A stretch of DNA of 64,000 bases, taken from NCBI RefSeq assembly GCF_036588685.1, contig NC_086374.1:100502001-100566000 (forward strand), given 5' to 3'. The notes beneath the pieces were generated by a model. That model made no database searches. It saw only the letters and a program-made list of their open reading frames with translations, and was not told where the DNA came from. A program made the position numbers and the translations under genes. Positions 12,401 to 26,100 of this stretch are shown here, one piece after another (position 1 is the first letter of the stretch; each line of letters starts with the position of its first letter). This DNA is from Mytilus trossulus (Eukaryota).

Positions 12401-15400
12401 CCCAATCGTTATAATAACACTTTTTCTTTTCCAAAGAAAATGACAATTTGACATGTAGAACATAGACAGACAAAACCTTGTATAAACGATGTGAGGTGAA
12501 CAAAAATGAGACAGCAACCCAACGACAAAAAAAACTCCAAAGAAACCAGTGCTACATGATACTAGCAATAACAATAACAAATATTTTCGACATAAGGACA
12601 GGGTAAGAAAGAGATAACAAGTTCCCTATACTTAGGAAACGGTTAAAACCAGTAACAGTTACAGAGTTACATGACATTAAAGAACACAAATCCATATTCA
12701 GTCATCTTTACTTAAGGAAGTTAAAATAGCTATTGAGATATAATTTGAATTTCATATACATTTTGACTTAATTTTTCTATAGTATTGAAATACTCGTGAA
12801 TTTAGCACAAATGAATTTAGTATCTTATTAAAATAGATCTTTTTGTAGAATATTTACAAGTCGGTACTATAAACTCTTTGTGGTACCGACTTGTATGTAA
12901 GCAGGCATAGAACAAAACGTTTTGCAACATTAATTTCTAAAACTAAATGAATTAAGTCCAGCGAAAGATATATCATGCATATTTAGAACGATGCTTTAAT
13001 ATGTACCTTAGTAAATATTTAGTGTTTATCTTTCAGGAAACGTTTCGATGACGACAAACAATTTTTGTTCTGAAATTTTGGAATGAGAATTTAGATCAGA
13101 AATGTTAACAAAAAATTGTATTGGACATACGAAATATTACCATCTGACTGTCTAAAAAATACAACCAATGGGAGGGCAATTAAGCTTTCCGTGACCTGAA
13201 TCTCCAAGAACATTTATGCCATTCAGGGGGCAACCGATATTATTCGATGAAAAAGAAGAAATCAAAACATCAAAAAAGCGCGTAAAACGTAAAAGTCGGT
13301 CACTTAGAATTCTAACGAGTTTGAAGAAAGTAGAGTACAAATAAGTAGGAGTTTATTGGTATGTGAAATCCCAAAATAGAAGTCTGGTTTATATTAACAG
13401 TTCGTGATTTTATGGCTCGTAACAATAAGGGCCTTTTCCGAAGTTTTTCTATTCATTGATCAACGGTTAAACATCTAAATGCATGGCCCTTGAAACCTTC
13501 TTTGATTCTCAAGATTTATATTTATGACCAACTAAAATTAGGATATTCAATTTCCCAATAATACCAAAGTACAAGTATCAACGAAGAAGATGCTAATTAT
13601 TAATTTCAGTTTAACTTTTTCTTGACGATTATTCAAAACTTAAATAATATAATAATTTTCTCTAGGGATTTTTTTTAGGAAGTTGTAGATCTAAAATTAA
13701 TTTCCGATGTTAATGATGGCACATTATATTGTGAAAATTGCAGAATAGATGTATTCATGTGCATAAAAGCATAAAACAATGCACTCCAATAACTACTTTG
13801 ATATTTTCTACCATCACACAACGTTTAATCATCTGTAAGATCTTCGATGTCACAATATTGTTCAAGAAAGTAATACCGGAACATCACTCTTCAGGTGCAA
13901 GATACAAAAAGCCTTGTAATAAATATACCGGAACAGTACTCTTCAGGGGAAAGATACGAAAAGCCTACAAAGAAGAAAAATAGTTCTCGTGCAAATTTTT
14001 TTAATCATGATTTAAAAAGATAGAAAATCGTGTTCATCAAAAGTCAAAAGTTAACTTCATAAATGAATATGTGACTTAAGGTATTCAAACAAATTTGAAA
14101 TACCTTGTGGTAAAATTTAAGAGAAAATAGTTCATATTTATCATATATAGGCCCTAAATTTTAATGTGATATCTTTAAAATCTGATGACGGGTGTTAACA
14201 GTTTTAACATTGAAAGTTAGAGAAACCTTGAACTCCAAACACGCCTGACTTTGTTTAAATAATACAGAAAATAATTGTATATTGTAGATAGTTTTTGTCT
14301 TACACCTTATTTGAACCAATTGACCGTGTAGGCACATAATTAAAGACCTTAGTCATTTTATTTTTTATTCATATTGTCCCTCGTTTTATATTTAATGTTC
14401 AAATAGAAGAAATAACCAGATATTGGGAAATCCTGCATTAAGATATATTTGAAATCATAGGACATCTAAACCGAGGTCTAGGTCTTAAACGCTATTTTCA
14501 TTGTCTTCACTAAAGAAGGTACAAATTCGTACCACGAAACAAGCTGACCTCGCAGGGTGTAGTAGATCTTTTACATTGATACACTATTAAAAGGCTTTTT
14601 GGTTGCTTTGTAGTATCATTACTTATTCTTCTGCATATTTTTGGTCATGCGGATATTACATTCTTTTTGCATTACTGCATTTCAGCAAATCAAGAAATTT
14701 ATTTAAGTTTGTATGCCTTTGTCTAATGTGGACTTATTATTTCGTAGTTTTGGGTGTCTAGTGGCTTTTGTTGATGAATATTGAAATCTCTCGGAGCTTT
14801 TTACTACTCGAGCGTGTTATAGAACAGTTCACTGTCACCAAATCGTTGAAAACCATAGTGTGATATTCTATGGATGATATTTATAATTTTTCTCGATGTT
14901 TTATTGAGATCTAATTCACGTAACTGGTCTTCACAGATTCTATCATGCTGCTTTATTCATTCACAATGATGACAAATGATATATATTCCAATTGTAAACA
15001 AATTATGAACATTATTTTGGCATACATATACACAGAGAATAGTTAAATATTCATTTCATTTTCTATCGAACATTCAACTAAACATACTCCCTCACATTAA
15101 CATACATAAATATTATTGGCAAGACATACATTTCCCAAACCTTTTACTACAAGGTTAATTTTAATATGTCATTTATACATGCATAGTCATGCCATACATT
15201 TGTTTTTAACCACATATATGGTAAAATGTGATTCAACTATAAATATTACTTTTGTTATAAAACATTTCTACAGCAAATACCACAAATGTCAAACATATTT
15301 TTCTATCCAAGAGATTTGACCTGATCTGAAACAGGATTATCTACATTTTCGTGGCAACTTGTGAGGACTAGTGCTGAATTAAATTTAAAAAATGTAAATA

Positions 15401-17775
15401 AGGAACACACGGTGCGACTTCACTGAAATGTAGGTCATAGCAATGACAGTAAAAAATTGAGACAACTTTAACAGAAAGAGGTTAAACACCGGTTTAACGA
15501 TATACACATGAAGTGTTCTTGGCCTATTCATGACGAAACAAAACACAATACACAAAACATCGATATGTTTATTTTCTTCCGTTTAGCAAATCTACGGTTC
15601 CAATCAAATATTTAGAGGCGAGCCCAAAGTCAAAATTTTGTTTACTGGTTGTTGCTTTCAGTTTTTACCACTTAGGAATTGTCAATTCATTTACAATGTT
15701 GACCCTTAAATTAACTTTATGTTTTCTTTTACCTACTCCTGATTTTTACCAAGCCACGCATCCAAATGGCAGATTTTCGTTCGTTTCTGTTTCATTCTTT
15801 TACAACTTGTGTAGTTCGTTGTTGTCTTTCATTTTGGTGTTTTGTGTTTTGTCTTGTCATAAACAGGCCATTGTTTTCCAGGCTCATTTGGACTATTATA
15901 ATTTTTACAGTCTTTTATATCTTTCTATACTGAATGGGTTTTACTTATCTGAGAAAACCATATACTTTACAGCTTCTTAAATCCTTGTCTTTTTCGTCTC
16001 TATGGCTTTTATACTTGTCTAATTGACAATCATAAATGTGTAACACAGTAAGCTTGATGATTCGTGTATTTATGATATGTGTGATTAAAATTAACACAAT
16101 CGGTACACGAAATATGAACCCATTTTAAAAAGTAGGTGTATCTTCATCGAGATTATACTACATTTAAAATTTTAATTTTCGACTTACGCAAATATATAAT
16201 GTTCATTTACCAAGAACACGAACACAGTATTTAATGGATTAAGAAAACGTTTGAAAAATTCTCATACGAACTAATTTTTTTTCTTCAAAATGTAGGTCTG
16301 TGTTTGATATTTAAAGCTTAAAAGAGTCACTATATCACTTCCAAATGATATGCAAATATATGTCTAAGACAAGGCTATAAATTTCTTTGAATAAGTAAAA
16401 TTAGGTAACATCAAAGTGTACAGGTAAATTAATCAGTCTATAAAACACAGGTGTTTAGCAGCTTGATGTAGGTTCACAAATGACACAAGCGTTGAGAATT
16501 TTGGGAGGTCAAAGTTTGCGGTACAGCACATGCAGTAATTTATGTCGTCGTTTAAATTTTCGATACTCTTCTAGCCGCTACCATGGTTGAAGACTGCATA
16601 TTTAACGGTTTTCCATTTATTTATTTACTGTTTCTAGCCATAAATAAGGATACTATCAATCCATATAATCGCATTTGGCCTACATTATGTTTAACGTTAT
16701 TTGATAAATAATGACTAAATATATAAGTTTATATGTTTATCAAAGGAAATCGAGTCCAAAGTGAATTTGCGAGAATACGACATCCATCATATACCAATAT
16801 ACAGCTATCTGTTTGCGACGATATTAAAATATTGAAAAATCAAAACAAAATAATACGTATAACCTTATTTGTTTCATAGATAAACCGACATACATAGAAA
16901 CCACGAATTACCAAGGTTATTTCAGGACAATATATATTGTTATCAATACATCTTCATCAGATAACATAACTAGACCTTTTGATGTGTATTAAATTATGAC
17001 AAATTGACCCATTATCAAACAAAAGGCGGTGAACACCTGAAGTGGCCTTCAGACAAAACATAAATAGAGTTGGTCATTGAGTACATGTCCAGTGGCACAT
17101 GGCTTGTTCCGGTCTTCTGCTTATTTGGGACGTTTTTCCAAGTATAAAATTCCTTTTGATATCTACAACTTCAACTCAATTCTGCATTTTAAAGTTACAT
17201 TCAAAATATACAGTTTTAGACCTGTTTCACGGTACTAGTATAAATATTAATCTGGTCGTTGACCTTCCCATTAGAATGTGCCAATCCGTTTACTGGACAT
17301 AAGAAAAAGACGCATAAATTCTTCACACATATATGAGCGTAAAATGGTATTTTAGACCGTTATACGTAACTCTTCTACACTTATTTTTATTAGGTCTTCC
17401 ATAAGACGACATGTGGGATCAATGAAGTAAATACTTAACGGAAATAATAATTTTGATTGAAATGATTGATTTATCATTGATATATCGATTAATAACCACT
17501 TTTTTAAACACCAAGAATATTGTATTCATGTTCAGGACGAAAGCTTTGATATAAAATTAGAAAAAAAAGTTTCATATTGCATACAAATACATAAGCTTGC
17601 CATTCATTCCCAGGCTGTCATTTTTTATCACACTATTGCCTAACTTGTATTCTCCGCCTTAATATGGCTTATATAGTATTGTTCATAATTTTGCAGTCTC
17701 GTTTTTGTCGTCTTGACCAAAGTTGCATGAACTATTTTCCACTGGACTTTTTGCAAATTCTTAATCTATTATTCT

Positions 17776-17901
17776 CAGTGGCGGATCCAGAAATTGAAGG
17801 GAGACACTGTCTGCCTAAGAGGGGGCCTAATCTAGTTATGCTTCATTGATTCCCTATATATTCAACCAAAAAAGTGGGGACAGGTCCTTAAACCACCTCT
17901 G
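17776..17901. mobile_element. Short MITE remnant (cagtggcggatccag...ccacctctg)
   Basis: Degenerate short TIRs. A related end, caggggcggatccag, lies at 57050. Confidence 0.45.
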
Positions 17902-19074
17902 ATTCTTAATTAGTAATGTCTCGTCTTAAAGCAGCCTATAATACTTGTCACTGGTGATAGAAAAACCAAATCTAATTAACCTAATTATTTCCCAAAAAGG
18001 TAAAGACAACTGCATGAAAGCAAAACAAACCGCGGCATCGTGCCATGATGATTTATATGACTTTTATAGTAGTTATGTGTATATATATTTTGTGTAATGA
18101 ACACATTATTTTACATAAGACGAAGACAACTGATTGACAATTTAACTAATTTCATTAAATAAAAGTATGTTAGTTGAAAGGCTCCCATCAGCCAATCTAA
18201 TTTTAAACTTAATAAAAAAAAAACACAACACTTAGCAGAAAAGGGAAAGGTACCAACGCGACAATTAAAAAAGCACTATCCGCAGAATAAACATAAAACG
18301 CGACTACCTCCATATAAAGATGAACCTGAGACAAAAACTGTCCACCTGGAAAACGAAATAAACCATCATATAACGTATATGACAGCTAAAAAATAGATAT
18401 ATATAGGATAGGAAAAGATGTATAGGATAGGAAAAGATATCCATATAGCAGTTGAAAATATACATAATAAATATCTTTGTTGGGTTCGAGTTGTTCAATT
18501 TAAAAAAAAAGAGGTTTTATGTATAGTGTTGTTTGGACTGCTGCTTGTCTTTTTAATTGTGTTTTTCCTCTTTGATCATTTGCCACTTTGGTACTTTTCA
18601 TTTTAGTAATTGATTAATTTTACAACAATCAAATTACGGAATACGCACCGAATATTACAGACACAAAATTTTATTACGAGTTTCAAAAGTTTTGATTCAT
18701 TATATTTTTGAAACTACTTGATGTCATTCAAAATAAATGCAACAACTATTGGCAAAAATGCATATACATACAACTCGCTTATTTTAAATTTTATAATTCC
18801 GCATCACGCAAAAAAGTCTTAAAAAATTGATGCGTCTCGACGTATTTCAAAAGCAACTATATGTCTACCTAAAAAACAAATAAAACTTATTCAATATCAG
18901 TTTCATCCACTATATCACAATATTAATGGAAATATAGGTTTTTGCATTTCATTGATATGCATGCATCTTTTATCTAAATTGATGCGATTTTTCTCTCAGA
19001 AAACTAGAGGCCCAAGACTGGATCGCTTACAGAACAATTTTACAATATTTTGATGTTCTGACTAGCATTACTGT

Positions 19075-19348
19075 TTACAGCCGATTGCATTGAGTGTAAG
19101 GTCAAAGGTAAATTCTTTGGTTAGCTTACTTGCTAACTTTACCTTGAAGTCATTGTTAGGTTAGGTAAACTACCCTTCTTTACGAGTAGACTAGTCCGTC
19201 AGATAACCAATCTATTTGTCTGTAGGACTAGACCACTTCGTTCGAAAGGAGGTAGTATACCTTACATTATCATGGCTACACAGTTCAGCTAGCAAGAAAG
19301 CTAATCAAAATTAACGTTTGCCTACACATTCAATGAAATCGGCTGTAA
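19075..19348. repeat. 274-bp imperfect palindrome (decayed foldback MITE) in the Lox2 intron
   Basis: Nested symmetric pairs: ttacagccgattgcattgagtgt/acattcaatgaaatcggctgtaa, ttagcttacttgcta/tagcaagaaagctaa, ctacc/ggtag, ctagtcc/ggactag. Confidence 0.8.
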
Positions 19349-19949
19349 TATATAATTTTTGGAAGAACGTAGCTTCTGAAAGAAATATTGTTCAAACAAG
19401 ACGTTCCAGTGGAGTTTTTTTAAAGATATTTTGAAATGTTTACGACCCACGATGAACACTAAGATACGAGAACAGTTCTCGTTATACCTTTTGGTCAGGT
19501 GAGCTTAAATGATGTTCATTTAGCCATGTTAAAATGCCTGCCAAGTTTCCAAAGTATCATTCACAAATATTGTTTGAGACACTGCCAGAAGAAAATAAAT
19601 GAACGAGTATATGTAAAGCTCAGACACAAAATACTAATTATAATATCAATGTCTGTGCTTGATTGTAAATCGTCTGAATATGTTGATTGAAATACCTGGC
19701 TGTTATATTTCTCAACGAAAAATACCACGATAATCGCAAGTTTTTTGGCGTCAGTCGCCCGTCGTAAGAGACAGTGCATACCCATTGAGGGGAACCAAAC
19801 GCATGTAATAGAGGGATGACATGGGGTAAACATTCCCCAAGTCATGCTTTATTTGTATCCCCCCTTGTTTTCCTTCTTTTTCTCGTATCCTCTTTTCCCC
19901 ACATCCTCTCTTTTTCTATCCTCATATCCCACGTTCCCACATGTTCTAA

Positions 19950-20258
19950 TCACCCAAATCCCACCAAGCGTGTCACTCCCTCTCAATAAATTTGTGTAAC
20001 AACTACGAAAGATGAGAAATTAAAGAAATAAAAATAAGGAACTTGGGAGCAGATTAGAAATATGTAATAGTACACTATCAGTCTATATTTTGCAGAAATT
20101 TATCGCCCATGTCCCAAATCTCCTCAAGCGTGTCACTCCCTCTTAATCACTTTTTGTAACGACTACGAAAGATGAGAAATTTAAGAAGAAAAAATATGGA
20201 ACTTGGGAGCAGATTAGAAGTATGTAACAGTACACTATCAGTCTTTATTTTGCAGATA
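19950..20258. repeat. Two tandem copies of a ~160-bp unit
   Basis: caagcgtgtcactccctct...actacgaaagatgagaaat...ggaacttgggagcagattagaa...tacactatcagtct at 19965 and 20125. Confidence 0.9.
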
Positions 20259-21581
20259 TTGATTTATTGTTTTGATATATTTAAAAGTTTTAGCAACACT
20301 AATTAAATCTCAATTTTTAAATTTCTGCTGATGACGTAAAACAACGTGTGTTCGATTCCAACCAGTAAACCAAGCTAACGCCTGTGATACTAATTGAGAA
20401 CTCATTCATCAACATAGCGACACTGTTTTACCAACAATGTGGTCAATATATTATTGCAGTAAAATATTTGTTTCTAAATAAAGCAAATTTCCTTAAAATC
20501 AATGAAACCAAGTGTCAAATAACCAAGTTATTAATCGAATATGGCTTTAATGTAATGAGAATGAACTCGTTATGTTAACAAAAACTTTTTCTCAATGTTG
20601 TTGCTTTCAGTGAAAACAAAAACTAATTTCAAAGGAAATCGATCTTTTAATGTGAAATCTCTGCAATTTTGTCTAATGTTCTAGTAGAGTCTAAGTCCTG
20701 AAAGTGACATGCAACTGAATACAATATTGGTAAAGATAACAATAGTTTCTTTTTTCACTTAACTAGTACAATGTCATGTTGTAGAGATCCAGTAGATATA
20801 GTCACGAGCAGAACGTGCCTGTAAAGAACGATCGTAAAGTTGTTGTTATTTTTTCAAATGAAAAAGATTCCCAAACGTACAGTATTCAAGAAGATTATAT
20901 CACATAGTATTTTTGCAATACTTTTTCATATTAGTGATGTGGATTGTCTGTTTTACAGCTCGAATGTAACGTATTCCTGCGGGCTATAAATAATCTGTTA
21001 GCAGGGCTATAAATAGTCAGTCAGCATCGTTACAATGACCAATGGCATAACAACTGATATACTATTCTATATGCTGAATATCTGTATGAGGGTGGGGGTA
21101 AACCCAGAATCTATAGCCTCCTTTTCATATAGCCCTATGCGTAATACAATGCACAAAGTATATACTCTGCATGAGTGTTCAATTGATTGTCTGTTTTAGA
21201 CAAAATTTTAAACTTCAAACTAAACGATGTCATTTGCTGTGTCCACCGAATTGAGATATGTTTCAATTGTTTTTTTCGTCATTTATATACCTTTATTACT
21301 AAACTCAGAATATAAATTAAACAACATACACGAATTGTTTTCATTTAGTGAAATTTGACGTGACTATAATACAAGTGAGAGGTTAGGCTAGCTATAAAAC
21401 CAGGTTTAATTCACCATTTGCAACATAGGTACCTAAAGGTACCATGACTTGCTAATTTGGATTTTCATTGTAGTTCCCTTTTTTTGTAAACTTTATTTAA
21501 AGATAATAAGTAGTTTTTCAAAACAAGATATCGACCTGAACATATGCAACAAATACCGAAGCTGCTTCTGAACATTTTGCA

Positions 21582-21583
<2 letters not shown>

Positions 21584-21627
<44 letters not shown>

Positions 21628-21633
21628 TAATCA
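21584..21633 (+). repeat. (CAAT)n microsatellite, probable SINE tail
   Basis: About 11-12 CAAT units. Similar short tails at ~6270 and ~2945 (inverse). Confidence 0.9.
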
Positions 21634-23009
21634 ACTAATACGCTATCCGAATCTCGAGATCCGAATGGAAACAAAATTGCAACACACAAGTGATACCAGT
21701 TAAATCCAAAGGCTCAAATATACAACAGACATTATTTTTAATTTATACACGAATAACATAAATTATACACAAAAACTACTAAAAAGACAGAGGAAATTTA
21801 TTTTGTGTCTTTCACATCTGTAGGCACGAGAAGAAACACGATATTGTTGTTGAGACCAAAATGTTGCAACATTTATCATAACAAATGCATGAACAAAAGC
21901 ATTTAAACACACCAAACAAATTTGTTAACGTTCACATTTCACACTTATAGTTTCAACACTTTGCACATTTACATGAGAAATTATCTTTGTCACGATAAAC
22001 ACTACACGCAACTGTTACATGTATTATGTAATAAGGTCGTAGACACTAATACATAGAACACCAAGAGCGAATTGTATAAAAATTGAGGAAATGAAATATA
22101 GCCATGATCGGTGAAATATTGATGTTAAAATTACGCTTTAAGCAAGATAGTTCATTAATAAAACATGTTCTTTTGTCATAAACTAGATGCAATTAACGAG
22201 TCATTAAAGCCAAACGATCCGTGTTGACAAACCATGTGAAATGTTTACATTTATTCAAGTTCTAGATATCACTGCGCTTCTGAATGTGTAAGTCGGTATT
22301 TCCGATTTTGATTGTTTAATCCACATCATTCCACTAGGACACACAATTATTTAATCAGAAACTAAATCACAAACTCTGTCGAAATAAAGTGCAAGTATTG
22401 AACATGCTTTCATTCATGCTATCAGTCTAGCCGTCTTATGAAATCACCGCTGACTTGCGAATTTTAGACGCCTCGGAACAGTTTTATATGTTTCCTTATT
22501 TAGATTGGCTGACACCACTTCCGGTTTATATACATTTCGACTAGTCATATAGTTAATTGTTGATACATGTATCTTTTGTTTTTCCACATTTTTGTTGTCA
22601 GTTGGTCTGATCTGAAAAAATAATCTGGTTTTATTTGCAATATGCATCACCAACAGTGTAGTGTAATCTTGTTAATTCTAATGTTCGTTTCTTATTTCGC
22701 TAGTAGCACAATTTTGAATTGAAAATGTCTCATGGCTATCTACCCAAGCGACATTAATAGATAATGCAAGCTAACTGAGAGTGCTTGAAAAGGCGTTTCA
22801 AGCATCCGATATTTTTCTTGTTTTTTTTGCTATTTTGTTATACGGCTACTACAATCGAGTGATGAGAATCAAGGATAATAAATCAAAATGGAAAAAGGAA
22901 ATGAGTTTGGCCGTTAGTTTTCTCGTTTGAATTGATTTTCATTTGAAATACATGGACCTTTTATCATTGACTATGCTAATGGGTTAATCCGCTTTGCTCA
23001 TTGTTGAAA

Positions 23010-23166
23010 TTTTGGCTCATTTTGGAATTTTGGGTCCTCAATGCTCTTCTACTTTGTATTTGTTTGGCTTTTTAACTATTTTGATCTGAGCGTCACTGAT
23101 GAGTCTTATGTAGACGAAACGCGCGTCTGGCGTATAAAATTATAATCCTGGTACTTTTGATAACTA
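23010..23166 (+). mobile_element. 157-bp hammerhead-bearing Penelope-derived insertion with 6-bp TSD, nested in another repeat
   Basis: TTGAAA is duplicated at 23004-23009 and 23167-23172. The host repeat (gctttgctcattgttgaa|gccgtacggtgacc) resumes after the insert. Confidence 0.8.
23090..23133 (+). ncRNA. Minimal type I hammerhead ribozyme (Penelope-like-element type), intact core
   Basis: GCGUCA-CUGAUGA-GUCU(uaugu)AGAC-GAAAC-GCGC-GUC^-UGGCGU. Stem I 6 bp, stem II 4 bp, palindromic ACGCGCGU stem/loop III. Predicted cleavage after 23127. Confidence 0.88.
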
Positions 23167-26100
23167 TTGAAAGCCGTACGGTGACCCATAGTTGTTAATT
23201 TCTTCACAACGCAGTCTCCTGTGAAGAGTAGTCTCATTGGTTATCACACCACATCTTATTAATTTTTAGTTAATAATAAACCCAGAAGTGCAAGAAACAT
23301 TAAAGCTCAAGATAAACGCTATAAGATGATAAACATTAATAAAAGCGCAGTTCAATTGCATTTTGTGTTATTTTGGTGCGCGTGTACTGATTTTGTTTCA
23401 TGGCCATTATATAGGTACTCCATATTTTTTCTTTTCTATTATGTTTTGCATCTAAAAGTTAAAACTTTAATTTAAAGAAATACGAATATTTGTTAACAGT
23501 TAAATAGGAATCCATCTTATTTTTCAAAATTCCGCTATTTTAAAATATAATACACATAGAGATACCGACATCATGATATGTTAGAAAATATCTTCACCTG
23601 ACAAGAGATAATATACAACACGTGTGAACAAATTTAGTGTTGGCAAATGTACCAATTTCACCTTAGATAATAATCCATCATAACATCTTTCACTCAACTA
23701 AATAAAACGATATCATAAGCATAAAAAAGCAGCAAGTCACTCATGTGAAAACATTATCATATTTTGTAACATAAAAATGTGAATAGCTGAGTACACCAAT
23801 CATTCAAATGGGCCATTAGTAGCTACGCCGTTGTAGGTTAATGTTTGCTACTTGCCTGTGGTATCAAACAACCAGATGCATCGAAGCTAAGGGCGGTCCG
23901 ACTGCTTAAGCTGTGTGGCTTCATCCCAAGAAGATTTTTCATATGTTATCTAAAGTGGGCTTTTGATGGAAGCAAAAATTAAACAAGATTCATAATGGAA
24001 ATATAATTTAGTCGAGTGGCTTTTCTTTAATTTGAAGGTTGTGAAAGATGTTTTCTTCACACACAAGAAATAGAAGGTTACCGTAGGTCATCGAGTGCTC
24101 CTATAAATTGTGTATTTAGGTCAAATTTGACTTTTAAGATGGAATATTTAATTAGCGTATGAATTAAACATGCATTTGTTTCCTGTCGAAATAATTATCT
24201 AAAATATGCATTCAATTTTGATTTATTCAACTGTCATTGAATGGTTATATAACTCTTATTTGTTAGATATGTTAGTAAACGGAGATAAAGGGCATACGTC
24301 AATACGACAGCAAACTAACAAAAAAAAAGTAAACATCAACATACGCTGGTCAATAATAGACTTTTAATATGGCTATATAGTATGTCAAGCTCTAAATCGT
24401 CATTTTTCTCAAACAGTTGGACATTTTAACAGTTATCAAATGTACCACCAACCCGAAATCTCCAAACATAATTATATATGCCCTTTATGGGTTCTTGATT
24501 AGATTAATACAATTCTTATCTTATCTTCTTATACGGTAACTCGACAGTAAAGCTTCTAACTTGTTTTGTGTTTAATTTGGATTTTTTTTGTGATCTCTAT
24601 CGCCCTAGTTTTTAATCTGGATTTGTCTATAAGACAATTAACGTTTTCAGCCAAATACGTAACATTTTCACATATCTCCCCGTTCTGGGTGGTGGTCTGT
24701 ACCAATGTTAAGTATGTGGGAGGTTTCAGACTTTCGCCCATGTTGTCTAAAAATTGTCATTGGGTTCTTTAGTCCATATTAATATTTAAAAAAAAACACG
24801 CTGTTTTTAAAAGACGTCATCACACTAGAGTCCCTTACACCTGTTAATGTTTTAAAAAAGAAATAATGTTTTCTTTCGTAATGTAATTTATAGAGTGAAT
24901 AAAAATGTAAAAATATCGCTTCAGCCATTATCTAAATAGTTCTAATGTTCATATACGTTATTTATGGCATCTAATGGACGTATACCTCACACATTTACAT
25001 GTCAAATTCTCCACCTTTTCAAATTTAGATTGGAGAAATGGAATATGATTTTTATAAACAATGTCGCGGGACAATACAAACAGTAGCGGCGGAGTGATTT
25101 ATGTATATGGGTAAAGTGTTCTCGTTTTTTCCTTAGTAAATAATTCATCAAGTATACCGATGAAGCATAAATTATATTTTTCATAATAATATGTGATATG
25201 ATTATTAATTTGACACCCAAGAAAAACGATGTGATTTCCTGCCATTCAAAGACCTCCCTGTTTAAAATTTCTCAGTAGATTGAACTATTTGAACCGTTGA
25301 AGAGAACATAAGCTTTTTTGCAATATTGTTTTCTTGTTCAAATCATATTCATCTTAGAAGTATAACTGTGTATTTCAACCTTCCAAGCCAATATTAACAT
25401 AAATAAGATAGAAAATATAATGCTGTTTTGGTTGTTGTCTGCCATATTTGTTTCTTGATTATTGTTTTGTCTTAAATCAAACCGTTGCATTTTCTTTTAA
25501 ATTTGTTTCACTTTTTTCGTGTTAAGGCCTTTTATAGCTGAATATACTAGTAGATGGTATTGTATTTGCTCATCGTTGAAGGTCGTACTGTAACCTATGG
25601 GTGCTTATATTCACGTAATATGGACTCTGGTGTATAGATGTCTAATTTACAATGATATCACATCTCCTAATTTTTTTAAATAAATATTTAATGTAATAGA
25701 TATCAGTATAACTATATGGTTATTTTAAAAGTCTGGTTCATTTTTCAGACTCGTCGTCTTTTAATTTAATGACCCAAACAAAAACAAAAAACATCCTTAT
25801 AACAGAACTTACAAATATTTTAACCATCTGACATCTCTTTCTTGTTTTTGTTTCGATTTTCGAAGTAAAAATAGGCTTCAGTTCATGTCAGTATATCCTA
25901 TACCTAAGATGAGGACACTAGCATGGTTTTCACATGTCTGCTCTTTCCCCGGCACAGCTTTCCCTCAGTTTTGAAATTTTATTCTGAGACTGTTGATTAA
26001 AAAAGACCCCGACTGTTTTAAAAAACAAAAAAATACAAAACATGCAATGACAAGAACTGATAGATATAAACATATTGAGTATCTTATTTTAAGGAATATG

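Noticed and set aside
12585-12607. Minus-strand CTTACCCTGT (miR-10-family-like 5' end); similar tccctgtaga at ~56300 and taccctgt at 3843
   Set aside because: Similarity stops after the seed and no precursor hairpin forms. No miR-10, miR-993 or iab-4 gene was recognised in the window.
19466-19482. ACGAGAAC-a-GTTCTCGT palindrome, and TTCTCGTT at ~1674, as a source of the UCUCGUU-seed miRNA
   Set aside because: Neither extends into a ~60-nt precursor hairpin.
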